Assembly (NCBI GenBank): GCA_051942245.1
Contig: JAVECL010000230.1
Location: 1-34,335 of the forward strand
Direction: 5' to 3'
Source: Trypethelium eluteriae
Taxonomy: Eukaryota
Length of the DNA stretch: 34,335 nucleotides
Shown: positions 23,303 to 33,759 of the stretch, one piece after another
Numbering within the stretch: position 1 is the stretch's first letter
Layout of the letters: each line of letters begins with the position of its first letter
Translations under genes and position numbers: made by a program
The notes under the pieces: model-generated
Seen by the model: only the letters and a program-made list of their open reading frames with translations
Told to the model about the DNA's origin: nothing
Databases searched by the model: none

Positions 23303-24343
23303 GTTCGCAGGTGCTTTCATGCGTAGTAGCGCAGAACAATGATTGAAAGGCTTGGACCTGACGGTTGAGCGATCTGCACGGATTTGATGCTGAGTAAACG
23401 AAGGAAAGGGCTCAGACACGAAGTAAATCACTCACGGCAAACTCAAGAGTCATTGATTACTTTTGAAACTTGTGCACGCTATGCACAGGAGAAAGAATGA
23501 ATTTTGCGAGGAAACGATTGCGAGCCACTTACGTGGACGAGATTTTGAACGGATGGTAATAGGCGAAGCTCCGATGAAAACGCGATGTTTATGCCTACGT
23601 TACCGTATTGAGTTTTACGCTAACGCTTTTCGACCCCAGTCAACTAGTATGCCTAGATCAGACTCCACTCCTAGGAGTCATAGAAGCACACAAGGAAGGG
23701 AGCATGGAACTAGACAGATTCTAATATCCCGTTAGTCCTGACGCCCACAACGTGCATTACCGCGATCTTGCATAAGGCAATCTTGTTCCCTGCATGAATA
23801 AGAGAAAGTCCTCAATTTCTACGAATAGACGTGGTCATGACCCACTATAGTCGCCTGACTCTATCTTTACAAGGAAAGGGTAGGCGAATTGAATGCACAA
23901 ATCGGACCAAATTTCTATAGGGCACATAAGGCATGACCAGAATAAGGTGAGAACGGCTGCGGTGGCTGTGAAGTTATGGCAGCCAGCCCGGATCGGGATG
24001 TCCCGCGACGCTAGTGTGGAGCAGAAACGGGAAACCGCTTCCCCGCGCCACCAAGGCAGCCTGACTTTGATGCATCTTACCCGTTTGATTGAAGTCGATC
24101 AGTTGATTGTTGCATTCTTTCGCGCCTATTGGAGACACAAAAGAGTGAATTATACCCCTCACACCGGAAGCGAAGGAGGGCTATGCTTATCATTTCATTA
24201 TTCCCGGTATCGCTCACAGGAAGATTTTTGCCTTGATCGACACCGAATAGGTTTGTTGACACAAGGATCCGCCGCGACAAGTCCAATAAATAGTTCTGGA
24301 TGACAGCGCTAGGCCAGCCTTGGACACGTGATAACATGTCTAG

Positions 24344-24572
24344 CAGGGATCGGAAATATAGCCGGATAGCAATGTATAGAAATTTTGAGAAGCGAATACG
24401 ACAACAACAAATCCTAACTACATATGTATAGATATAGATATGAATTATAGAATTAGAAGTCTAACAGTTTTATATTATTCATACTTATATATACATACTT
24501 AGGATTGAATATTGTGGTATCCGTTTCTGAAAATTTCTATGCATTGCCATGCGGCTATGTTTCCGATCCCTG
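24344..24572. mobile_element. 229 bp non-autonomous MITE-like element with long imperfect terminal inverted repeats (hAT-like ends)
   Basis: The left end cagggatcggaaatatagccggatagcaatgtatagaaattttgagaagcgaatac matches the reverse complement of the right end, cagggatcggaaacatagccgcatggcaatgcatagaaattttcagaaacggatac, over ~85 bp. The core is AT-rich. The CAGGGAT terminus resembles the Ac/Ds (hAT) TIR. No intact 8 bp target-site duplication is seen. Confidence 0.85.
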
Positions 24573-24838
24573 ACATTGCCTAAGCGGTGGGATCCGATCT
24601 ACGTCAGTTGTAACACACATACACGTTGACCATCTTGGGCCCTTTTCTCGAGCGTTCTGTCGCCGACTTGGCAAGGCGCCTCCAGTAGCCCTCATTCAAG
24701 CCCAGGCGTATCCTAGAGCCCCACTGTCTTGCAACTGTCGGGCGGTGGTCGCAGTGGTGGTCGTGAAAGCTGCCAACCTCCTAATTGGCAGTGACACCCT
24801 TGCTAGGTAAGGCAGCTTTCAAAAGATACAGCCTGAAC

Positions 24839-25834
24839 ATGGAAGCTGTGGGAGCGATAGCAAGTGTCAGCCAGCTTACAGCATACATCCACTCTGCTTG
24901 TAGATGTTTACGGCACCTGCATAAGATGTACAGCGTGGCGAATTCTTTACTCCGCAGTCAGCTGGAAGACCTGCGGATCATTCTCAAGATTCTAGACCGT
25001 ATTCAGACGCAGCAATCTTCGTATGATGCCGATATACTTGTGCCGAGCTTGATTGGAATTGCAGATACAGCACAGACACTCTCCAACTGGCTTAATCAGC
25101 CGAGTTTGATGCGTCAGAAGTGGACATATATTCTCCGAAAGGTCGAAATTGAAGAAGCATTCTGTCTTTTGCACCGCAAATGCCAGCTACTCGTCTTTTA
25201 CTATTGTGAACGCAACAACAGCGCTCTGAATCATATCGAGGCAAACATGAGCTCCCAAACCTCCGTCGCCCTACCATTGTCCGAGCATACAACCGCTTCT
25301 GAAGGAGCGGTCATCCCGTACGAAGAGGTGTGTGCCCTAGTGGTGTCCTCGTTCTCATCGTTCTTCTTGTCTGCTGAATACTAAATATCTAACTAGGACG
25401 CAAACTCCTTGAAATCCTCCCAGAAGGAGCAGGCTCCTCAGAACAAGGAAAAGGTACAGCCTCGCGCACATTCGAGAAGGGTTCAGGAACATGCAGCTTC
25501 AATTCAACATGAATCCAGTTCGCCAATCACGGAACAGGTCCTCCTTAAGGCTTTCGAAACAAGTCACGATTCTCATCACTCCGATACGACATTTGGTGCA
25601 TCTTCTAACTGTGAAGAAGAGTGCAAGCCGACCACAAAAGTCACGATTTCGACCAACACGTTTTTGGAAAGTGAGACTGCTTTTTTTAACAATCATACAA
25701 ACTCGAACTGCATTGTGGAAGGGTCCTTTGATAACAACATTGCGTATGGATCAAGCGTAAAAGTCGGGAATGGTGGTTCCACACTGTCGGGTGATGTGGA
25801 GGCAGGCAAGAAGGTGTGGCCATTGCAGGAGTAG
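24839..25834 (+). CDS. HeLo-like/SesA-type N-terminal-domain protein without an NTPase domain (308 aa); candidate amyloid-regulated cell-death effector
   Basis: Exons 24839-25327 and 25397-25834 (intron GTGTGT...CTAACTAG). The N-terminus MEAVGAIASVSQLTAYI and the KWTYILRKVEIEEAFCLLHRKCQLL helix fit the fungal STAND N-terminal (HeLo-like) pattern. These are followed by a polar linker and an Asn/Gly/Ser-rich C-terminus. Confidence 0.72.
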
Positions 25835-26490
25835 ATAGTGAAGGACTGAGCAATAATGGAGCAGCCCTTGAAGGAGAGACTGATAAAAGATCGGTCCATG
25901 AGTAAGCAGATCCAAATGCAGAAGGAGGATTTCATACTTTGAATCCCAGGCGATCAGGATTCAGACACTGTCCCTCCGGTCATTTCTTCCTTGTACGCTG
26001 CACAGTGGCTATACTTCACTTTAGTGCAATCAATGGGGGCCCTACTGTACCTAGACAGTCCCTAATGTCCTTCTAAGTATTCTCTCATCCCTCCAGTTCC
26101 CTCATACCACGACATGCGGCTTACCACCATTGCCGATCTTCTCGCGCCCCTGGGAGTAAGGAACGCTATCGCTGGCTACGATCTTCTCCTGTACGCTCCA
26201 AACTATTAACCCTTGGGTTGTAGCTGTGGCTCGCGAATGCCTGTGCTGCGGTCAATGTACGACGTTACGTCCTCACCGACTACAGTAGCGCTATGAGCGA
26301 TGACTCGGTGGTGAATGAGCTTTGGGACCAGATGGCTTGCGTACATATATTTAATCTTCAACATATCCAGCTACAAGACTAGATAGATCTCTCCCTTTTC
26401 CTTCATCCCTTACTCTTCTATCTCTTCACCTCTTTCACTTCTCCCTCCTATTACTCTCCATCTTTCTCCATCAAGAAAAGGCCCTTTTCA

Positions 26491-27209
26491 ATGGATTTAT
26501 ATATATCTTTGCTAGGAATTTTAATTGAATAGACCTATATCAAGAGTGGTCACTTGAAGTAGGCCTGCGTTAAGCTGTCTTTATACATGTATCAACACAA
26601 TTAAGGTCAGGCTAATCCCAGCCCAGCCATTAGAAAAGACAAGACTTTTAAATTCCATACAGCCCTCTTTACAGCTCATCACAAAAGCAGTGTACCGATG
26701 GGACGTGTTCAATCTATCTTTAATCGTGGTGAGCCGTTTTTCTATAGTTGCGCCACTGCTTGACTTATAATGCCTTGTTTCATGGTCACAATTCCCCTAG
26801 CTGACTTCATGATATCCAAAAAGAACGTTTCATTGATGCAAACTTGCGGGAATACAAATTATGCTGGCACGTAGCTTATTATAACGTAACTATGCTCAGG
26901 ACGACATCTTCCATGACTATTGCCTTCTCAGGATACTCCGTCTCAGCAACATCTCTAGGACGAGGTTTCCTAGATTACAGCACTGTCTATTCATGCAGCT
27001 GCCCCTTAGACTTGCTTGAGATATGGTGTTCAAGTCTCCTGCCTCTTGAACATTCGCTCCTTTGTGAACATGATATCACACTTGGCAAATTTAACACTTC
27101 TCTATTGAACTATTCGCGGAAGTGGTGGCTTGCTTACTGTCCTAAGCTACCTTTGATAATGGCTAGTTATGCGGGCAACTTCGAATGTGTCCTCTTGTGG
27201 GTATTATAG
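26491..27209 (+). pseudogene. Possible degenerate gene relic
   Basis: A CT-rich tract (26388-26472) precedes an ATG at 26491. The frame is broken by TAG/TAG/TAA in TA-rich sequence, and there is a possible intron (GTGAGC...CTAG). The residual ORF 26844-27209 ends in an ankyrin-like PLIMASYAGNFECVLL. Confidence 0.3.
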
Positions 27210-27280
27210 GTTTCTCTTGCACGCTTGGAACAGCGTCTCCCATTTTAACCTTCCAGACGAATACGAGAACGCTTGAAGAC

Positions 27281-28192
27281 TCACCGTGCCCCACTCATAG
27301 GCTTTGTTGCAGTAATAACAACTTTCGGCGTGCAAACCGCTACCCCTTCCCTACTTTCATCCCACATCTTCTCCACAATGTCCCCCAACCTCCTACCCTC
27401 CTCGGTCCCCCTCAACGCTCCATTTGCCATCTCCTCATCTTTCATCAGATTATTCTCGAAAAACTGCTTCGCCAAATCTTTCCTCTCCTCATATCTCCAC
27501 AACCTCGCTTCCTGCATCCCCGCCTCTTCCATCACCTCCGCCAGCCTCTCAACCCACTTTCCCTTTTGTTCGAGTACCGACAGAAACCGCACCATCGTCG
27601 GCGCCGGCGCCTCCGCGGCCGGGTCCGCGCGCAGGAGAAACGAGCACGCGACGTCCAACTCATCCCACTGGAGCCGCCCGCCCGGCTTCAGCAATTTCAG
27701 CAACCCGCTGACCACTCTCCTCGCCGTCGCCAGCCCTTCGTCCTCCGTCTGCCCTTCGACAATCGTGAAGATCAGACGCGTGTGCACCACGTCGAACCGC
27801 TCGAGCATGTCTTCGGTGGGAGAGGAAAAGAGATCCCATTTGCCTAGTGTGATGTTGGCGGGCAGCCATTGGCGAGGCGGACATTGTGCGAGGGAGATGT
27901 CGTACCCGTTTAGCTGGGCGTGCGGGAGGGACAGGGCGACGCTGCGGAGCCAGGAGGCGGAGCCGCAGGCGATATCGGCAATGCGAGGTGGAGAGCTTTT
28001 CTCATTACTTTGGGATGGTTGAAGCGGAGGCAGGGTGTTTGCAGTGAGTGGATGGAGATGGAATCCTAGAGTTTCGTGCCAGAGGTAGTGCTGATGGCCA
28101 AGGCGAGAAGCACTTCTGAAGTCGCGGCCGAGCGCGTAGGTGTCTTGTTTGCGCGAGGGTTCATTGCTATCTTTCGAAGCCGATATAGTCAT
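27281..28192 (-). CDS. Class I SAM-dependent methyltransferase (Methyltransf_23 / LaeA-like fungal family)
   Basis: Y.LGRD..SASRL..QHYLW, motif I RIADIACGSASWL, GYDIS, WLPANITL..WDL, FDVVHTRL, LLKPGGRLQWDE. Start placed at MTISASK (28192). Confidence 0.92.
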   Translation of the reverse strand: MTISASKDSNEPSRKQDTYALGRDFRSASRLGHQHYLWHETLGFHLHPLTANTLPPLQPSQSNEKSSPPRIADIACGSASWLRSVALSLPHAQLNGYDISLAQCPPRQWLPANITLGKWDLFSSPTEDMLERFDVVHTRLIFTIVEGQTEDEGLATARRVVSGLLKLLKPGGRLQWDELDVACSFLLRADPAAEAPAPTMVRFLSVLEQKGKWVERLAEVMEEAGMQEARLWRYEERKDLAKQFFENNLMKDEEMANGALRGTEEGRRLGDIVEKMWDESREGVAVCTPKVVITATKPMSGAR

Positions 28193-28974
28193 GGTCTGGG
28201 GAGTGGAATGAAGCTTAATTGCATATGAATACAATTGGGAAACTCTGTGTATGAGGAATAGAAATAATGAAGGTAAGGAAATGTAGTTGCAATGGAGAAA
28301 AGCACGCAGAAGACATTTGTACTGAGATTGTGCAAGTGAACGCGAAGGCTGAAATGTAAAGACGTAGCTGGGTCCTTTAGCTGTCCTGCTGCTGTCAGAA
28401 GCTGTAGCATTATGCTATATCTTCGTCTTTCACCTAGCTTGATCTTATGGGCTAGCTAAAACAAGCGTGCCTCATAACAGGGGTTCCTTTCAGTTGGCTG
28501 GCTTTCATGGAAATTGCTCAGAGAAGCATGCGGTTCAGCATCGTATCTTGTTGAACCATTGATTCTGCTTCAGTCTAGCTCGGCTACCCCACTTTACGAT
28601 ACTGCGGCTGAGTTTGGGGCTGGTTTCGATCTAGAACTGACATTCAGGTGCCCATGTTCTGACTTAGTAAGATCTTACAAAGCACTCACACCAGGCGCAC
28701 GGCTATACAACAGCTGCCGTTTTTCACGGCTATCTTCTTCGATGGACTCACCACAGATCCCGGCTGCCAAGAGGGCGAGGATCAGTGGTCATGTATATAG
28801 TACGGGCTATGTAGAATGATAGATATATGACCGAGCTGCAGCTTGAAAACAGCGAGATACTCCCACATTGACGATGCTCTCTTGCATGAGCAAAGGAAGC
28901 CTTCGGAGTTCTACGCAGGCGCCGACAAACACTTACACTAGTCAAGGATACTTTATCCACTGTCTACTGAAATC

Positions 28975-30546
28975 TTATCTCTTAATCGCCCAACCCTGAT
29001 TGATCTCATTCTTGACCCTAATCCCTCTCTCCGTTCCCAATCCCCCCAGCTCGATATCTCTTTCGGACCCGTCTTCCCCTCCCACCCTCTTCGTCGCAAA
29101 TGCCATGCTTTTCACCGGCTCATCCTGCAGCCGCGCAAATCCCCTCTGACTCTCTGTATCAGCTTCGCCTCCCTGACCACCGTAAGATCCAGTCTGACTA
29201 CCATACGAGGACGCGTCATGGCTCTTCTTGAACAAGGAGATGCCATGAGTACCTTTGGAGTTCGAATTTGTCTGACCGCCAGAAGGGTTGTGAAGGTAAT
29301 GGTTTGCCGTGGGGGTGCCGTGAAGGACAAGGGAGAGAAGGGGACGGAGAGAAGGGAGGCATGCTGTAGCATCCAGTCCCAACGTCAGCCTCTCAAGTTA
29401 CTCTTGATTTATGGATAGGAAAGTTTGTGGCAATAGGGAGGCCAGAAGAAAAAGGAGTGACGACTTACCGCATACGATAGCCATATCAGCCTCCGTAGCT
29501 GTCCAGACGCCCCCATATGCAAAATTATAATCCAAGTCAGGGGACTTCAAATCCACATTGATGAAATAGACAAGGCGAACGATTGAGACAACAATGATAC
29601 TTTAAAAAAGTATTAGCCTCTTAACGCTCATAGTAAACAGTGGAACTCACAATGCGCCAAGCATGAAGATGCCCGCGAGCGCAATTTTCTGCGATGTTGT
29701 GCGGTGGAGACGAAATATGACTGCAGACGTCAGATCGGGCAATGGAGGTATACGAATGTGTATGGAGACATACAAGGCCAAGGAAGTGAGAGAATCGCCG
29801 CATCAGTGATAATGTTTGGTACAGCGTTGCCAATGAAGAAGGCATAATCATCAACTGAGCAGTCTGCAGGCTTGTTCCTGTTCCAAAAGCCATCCACAGG
29901 GCGACATTGGAATATTGTGACAAGAATCTGAGCAATGAACCTATTAGTCAAAGCTCAGAGTGCAGAGGCTGAGGGTAAGGATCCCTACCACAGCGAGTCC
30001 CCAGCATGTGACAACGCCAGCTAAGATGTAAACGGGGAGGCGGATGGTGTTAGAGAATATACGCCTATAGAATGCTAGGATAGAGTATTTTGCAAAGACC
30101 AGAACAAGTGTATAGAGAATCTCGCCTGTGAAGAGATTCTTGAAGAAGTTGGGAACGAACTCTGGAGTAAGCACCCAGAGATGGAGTCCGTAGCCTTGAT
30201 GGACCCCTTTGAGACGTCCAGTCAGCACAAAGCAGAGTCCTTATTTTCCGCACCTTTAGGTAGTCGAAGACTTACAAACGAGGGTACTAATCATAAAGCC
30301 CAATGCGAAAAGCTTGTGTGGTCAGACTTTAATACCATAATTCCTTGGCACAGTACTAACAAGCGCAGCAATAATGAGCCAGTCATCCAACTTGTAGACC
30401 GACTTAGTCAATCTTCTACACCAGAACCTCAGAGCGACTGCAATTAGTGCCAGGACCCAAGTTGTGATAGAGGCAGCATAAAGCTCAGGCTGCCTGCTCT
30501 TGTGAATGTTGAGGCCCGGTGGCGGTGGAGGTATTGGGGCAGACAT
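28975..30546 (-). CDS. PTH11-like / Rhodopsin-domain integral membrane protein (putative GPCR, no CFEM), 7 exons
   Basis: Spliced product MSAPIPPPPPG...VALRFWCRR...LDDWLIIAAL...GYGLH...AKYSILAFYRRIF...IFQCRPVDGFW...C...NIITDAAILSLP...QKIALAGIFMLG...SIVRL...WTATEADMAIVCACLPSLRPLL. Six canonical introns. Confidence 0.93.
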
Positions 30547-32678
30547 GGCAAAGAATAGGAAACTTCAAAGGCGAGGACTCGACAATTCAAAGGTGTCACA
30601 ACTTCTGAGTTATGATCTCCATGGTATGGTATGGGGATGACTAAGACTTCATATACTCATTTTCAAGTACAACTGAAACTGTTTGATCTACCTTCGGATA
30701 TGAAGCTTGTGTTGGATAGTCAAAACTGGATGGCGATGCAACCATCTGGCGTCCAAAGAGCAGCAGTAGCTGGTCCGGAAAAAGATATCTCTGCACAAGC
30801 CCAAGAAAATCCATGGCAGAGCAGAAGCTGCGCTCCAGAAAGGCAGAAAGCTGAAAGAGTGGACAAGAAAGGCATATGGCGTGATAGCTTACTCTTCCTG
30901 AACCGACCATACCTCATGGCTCAGCCATAGATGCAGGGCACCATACTGCAGTCATTTATCCGGCAAGCCACGAGTCTTCGTTCCTTCAGCTCAACAGATC
31001 CTTTTGTGTAGGCACAAAGAGATGGATCGGTTATTGGGTGCCCTTCGCAATGGGGGCCAAAATACTTTGCGTGAAACTAAAGATTGTGTCATCGTAATGG
31101 GATTAGAAAGAAATAGTAGAAGGACGTTCTCGCGGCCTCTTGTGCTACCTACCAATAGCGTCAATTTTCTAACCACCCACGTCGTTGCCAAGCTGTCTAT
31201 CATCGAAGCTAGAGGGACCGACACGAAAGAGGCAATTGAGGCGTCCAACAATGGCTTTCTCAACAGTCGATCATGAGTGTTGCAGTCTGACCATTGAAGT
31301 GGCGGCGAGGTCGCACGATGCAAGTGGGCATGTTGGAAGCTGAGGATTGTCGCCAGTATTCGAGACTGATGTTGCGGCTTAGTACAGGACGGAAGCAACG
31401 ATTGACGTCTGTCGAATCAACGACACGTTCACTTCCAGGACGGCCACCGGTATCGAATCTCCTAAGCAATAGCGAGGATACTCGCTCAGCGATCCAAAGT
31501 CGCAGAATCAAAGACTATGCGAACCTAAGGTAATAGGCATTGCTCAACTGGTAAGAAGAGCAGTCTCTTGATGGAAAGTTGGAGTCACCAGAAAATGGTA
31601 GCTTGTTACCAAATGAGGTTACTTCAGCTGTGGATAGCCTGTCCCATTTCAGTAGGCTCCTGCATCCGATGGAGATGCTTGCGCGTGATCAGTCTGCTCA
31701 AAGATTTGTAGCGTATCAAGATCAGAAACTAGTGAGATCTGAGGGCTTTCCCTTGTCAAGGAGAGATTAACGCACTAATGTACGTTGTAGATATTAGACG
31801 CGCTGTAAATCACGCCGACTAGGCTGTGATGCGGGGGAACAATTTTGGCAACCGAACCCGGTGAGGAGCTGCAGAGATGATGCAACGCTCTGATCGGTTG
31901 GAGCAATGCTGATATGAATCTAGAGAATGGCCAAGCCAAGACAGACTAATACAGCTTCAGCCGCCGCCCATCGTGGAGGAAGGGACGTGCGTTGGCAAGA
32001 GCGAGGCGTCGCTTTTCCGTCTCTACCCTTGTAACCTGAAGACGTCTGCCTACCAGTCCAATCTATTCAGATTGCCAACCTGCAGGTCATCATGCAGGTA
32101 TTTGGAGCAGTCGAGATGCTCCCCAATGCACGTTGAACAAGACAGGCAATGATTCCGAGGTAAATCGTGCTGATCTTTCATCCTTCATGCTCCGATAGGC
32201 TGCCAGAATTTCCACAAGCTGCTACGAATGATCTGGACCCGCCGACCTGACTAGAGGCTCAGCAGCTTTACCTGGATATTGTTACAAACTTACTTACAAT
32301 ACATCGTTCTTGGTAACATTACACAAGCTCTAGCTCGAACCACATGTGTTCACTTTCGCTGAGGCTGGACGCGTGCCTGCGCGTCTCCACCCTGTGCCTC
32401 ATGAAGTTTCAGATAGCAAAGGCATCGACGTTGCCTCAAACTGATCTACGCAATACGCATGCAAGAGATCCCCGTACGTTCTTCCTCCTTGGTCCTTTGT
32501 TCCCTGGGCTCTAACAGCCAGATTGCTCTCAACTAAGTTCATGCGCTTGAATTATCATATTGGTCCGAACGACATATAACTTCTCTCTTTCCTACCTGAC
32601 GAACGCATCTCTCGGATATCTCTCGTCAAGGCAAAGACCGAGCCCACTCTTTCAAGGTTATAGCCAACAAGCAACACC

Positions 32679-33518
32679 ATGTCGACCTCAACAGCAAATC
32701 CAACCATCATCATCGTTCCCGGCGCATGGCATCCCCCACCTGTCTACGACGGTCTTATCTCTAGGCTCAATTCCGCATCCTACGATGCCTTCGTCCCTAC
32801 CCTTCCGAGCTGCAACAGTTCTGACCCAGCCAACGCCACCTGCTCAAAAGACGCCGACGTCGTCCGTAGCGCCATTCTGCCCCACCTCGACGAAGGCAAA
32901 GATGTACTCGTTCTAGCCCATTCTTATGGTGGGATACCAGCGGGAGGCGCTGCGAAGGGATTGAGTAAGGCGCATAGACAGAAAGAGGGAAAGCAAGGAG
33001 GCGTGATTGGGTTGGTGTATGTGAGCGCCTTTGTGGTGCCAGCGGGCGTGCCGCTCTTGACGATCATGGGCGGGAAGCATGCGCCATATGTGGTTGAGAA
33101 TCAGGTATCTCCAAACATCCCATGACCTGCTTCAATAATCACTGGCTGACATGGCGTTCTTGTGCAGCCATCCGAACACAATGCCCTCATTGCCAAAGCC
33201 CGCCACGTCTGCTTCAACGACCTCCCCGATACCGAAGCAGAAAAGCTGGTCGACCTCCTGCGGCCCCAGTCCCTCATCTCTCTTAACTCACCTGCTCCAG
33301 CCACGGCGTGGGCAGAGCCGGAGTTTGCGGGTAGGTTAGGATTTGTGAGGTGTATGCAAGATCAGGCCTTGCCGCCACAGTTCCAGGATGGATTTACGGA
33401 CAACAGTGGGGTCGAGTGGAAGAAAAGGGATATTGATACGGGGCATGCGCCATTTTTGGGGAAGCCAGAGGAGTTCATTGAGATATTGGGGGAATGGGTG
33501 AAGGAATGGAAGGGCTAA
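32679..33518 (+). CDS. Alpha/beta-hydrolase (Abhydrolase_6-type, methylesterase-like), 2 exons
   Basis: IIIVPGAWH, AHSYGG nucleophile, QDQALP acid, TGHAPF His. Intron 33105-33167 (GTATCT...GCTGAC...CAG) joins ORFs 32679 and 33162 in frame. Confidence 0.93.
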
Positions 33519-33759
33519 GCTTCAAAACTATCGCATAGCCGTTAGTGGAGGAGCAAAAATGTCGAATCAGTGGTCATACCAAGACGGACAGAGCCACCAA
33601 ATGCAATGAACTGTGTTCAAGAATGTATGGATGGATGAAGGGCAAAGCCGAGCATGTGCATACCTATCAACATTACTCGAGATCGAGGGCGTCCAGACAG
33701 ATCTCACCCACCAACAGTCTTCCATCTTTTATCCAATGCTCTTTTTATTTCCCATCTCC

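Noticed and set aside
25795..25905. Alternative frame (QEGVAIAGVDSEGLSNNG...) that could be a frameshifted true C-terminus of the HeLo-like protein
   Set aside because: Only ~36 codons are open and no intron or slippage site supports it. If real, it would remove the Trp tail but not the two pseudo-repeats.
27185..28022. Long plus-strand ORFs of 220 and 249 aa
   Set aside because: They are antisense shadows of the GC-rich methyltransferase and have no motifs of their own.
30631..31770. Several 60-135 aa ORFs between the third receptor and the second hydrolase
   Set aside because: No domain motifs or coherent exon chain; treated as intergenic.
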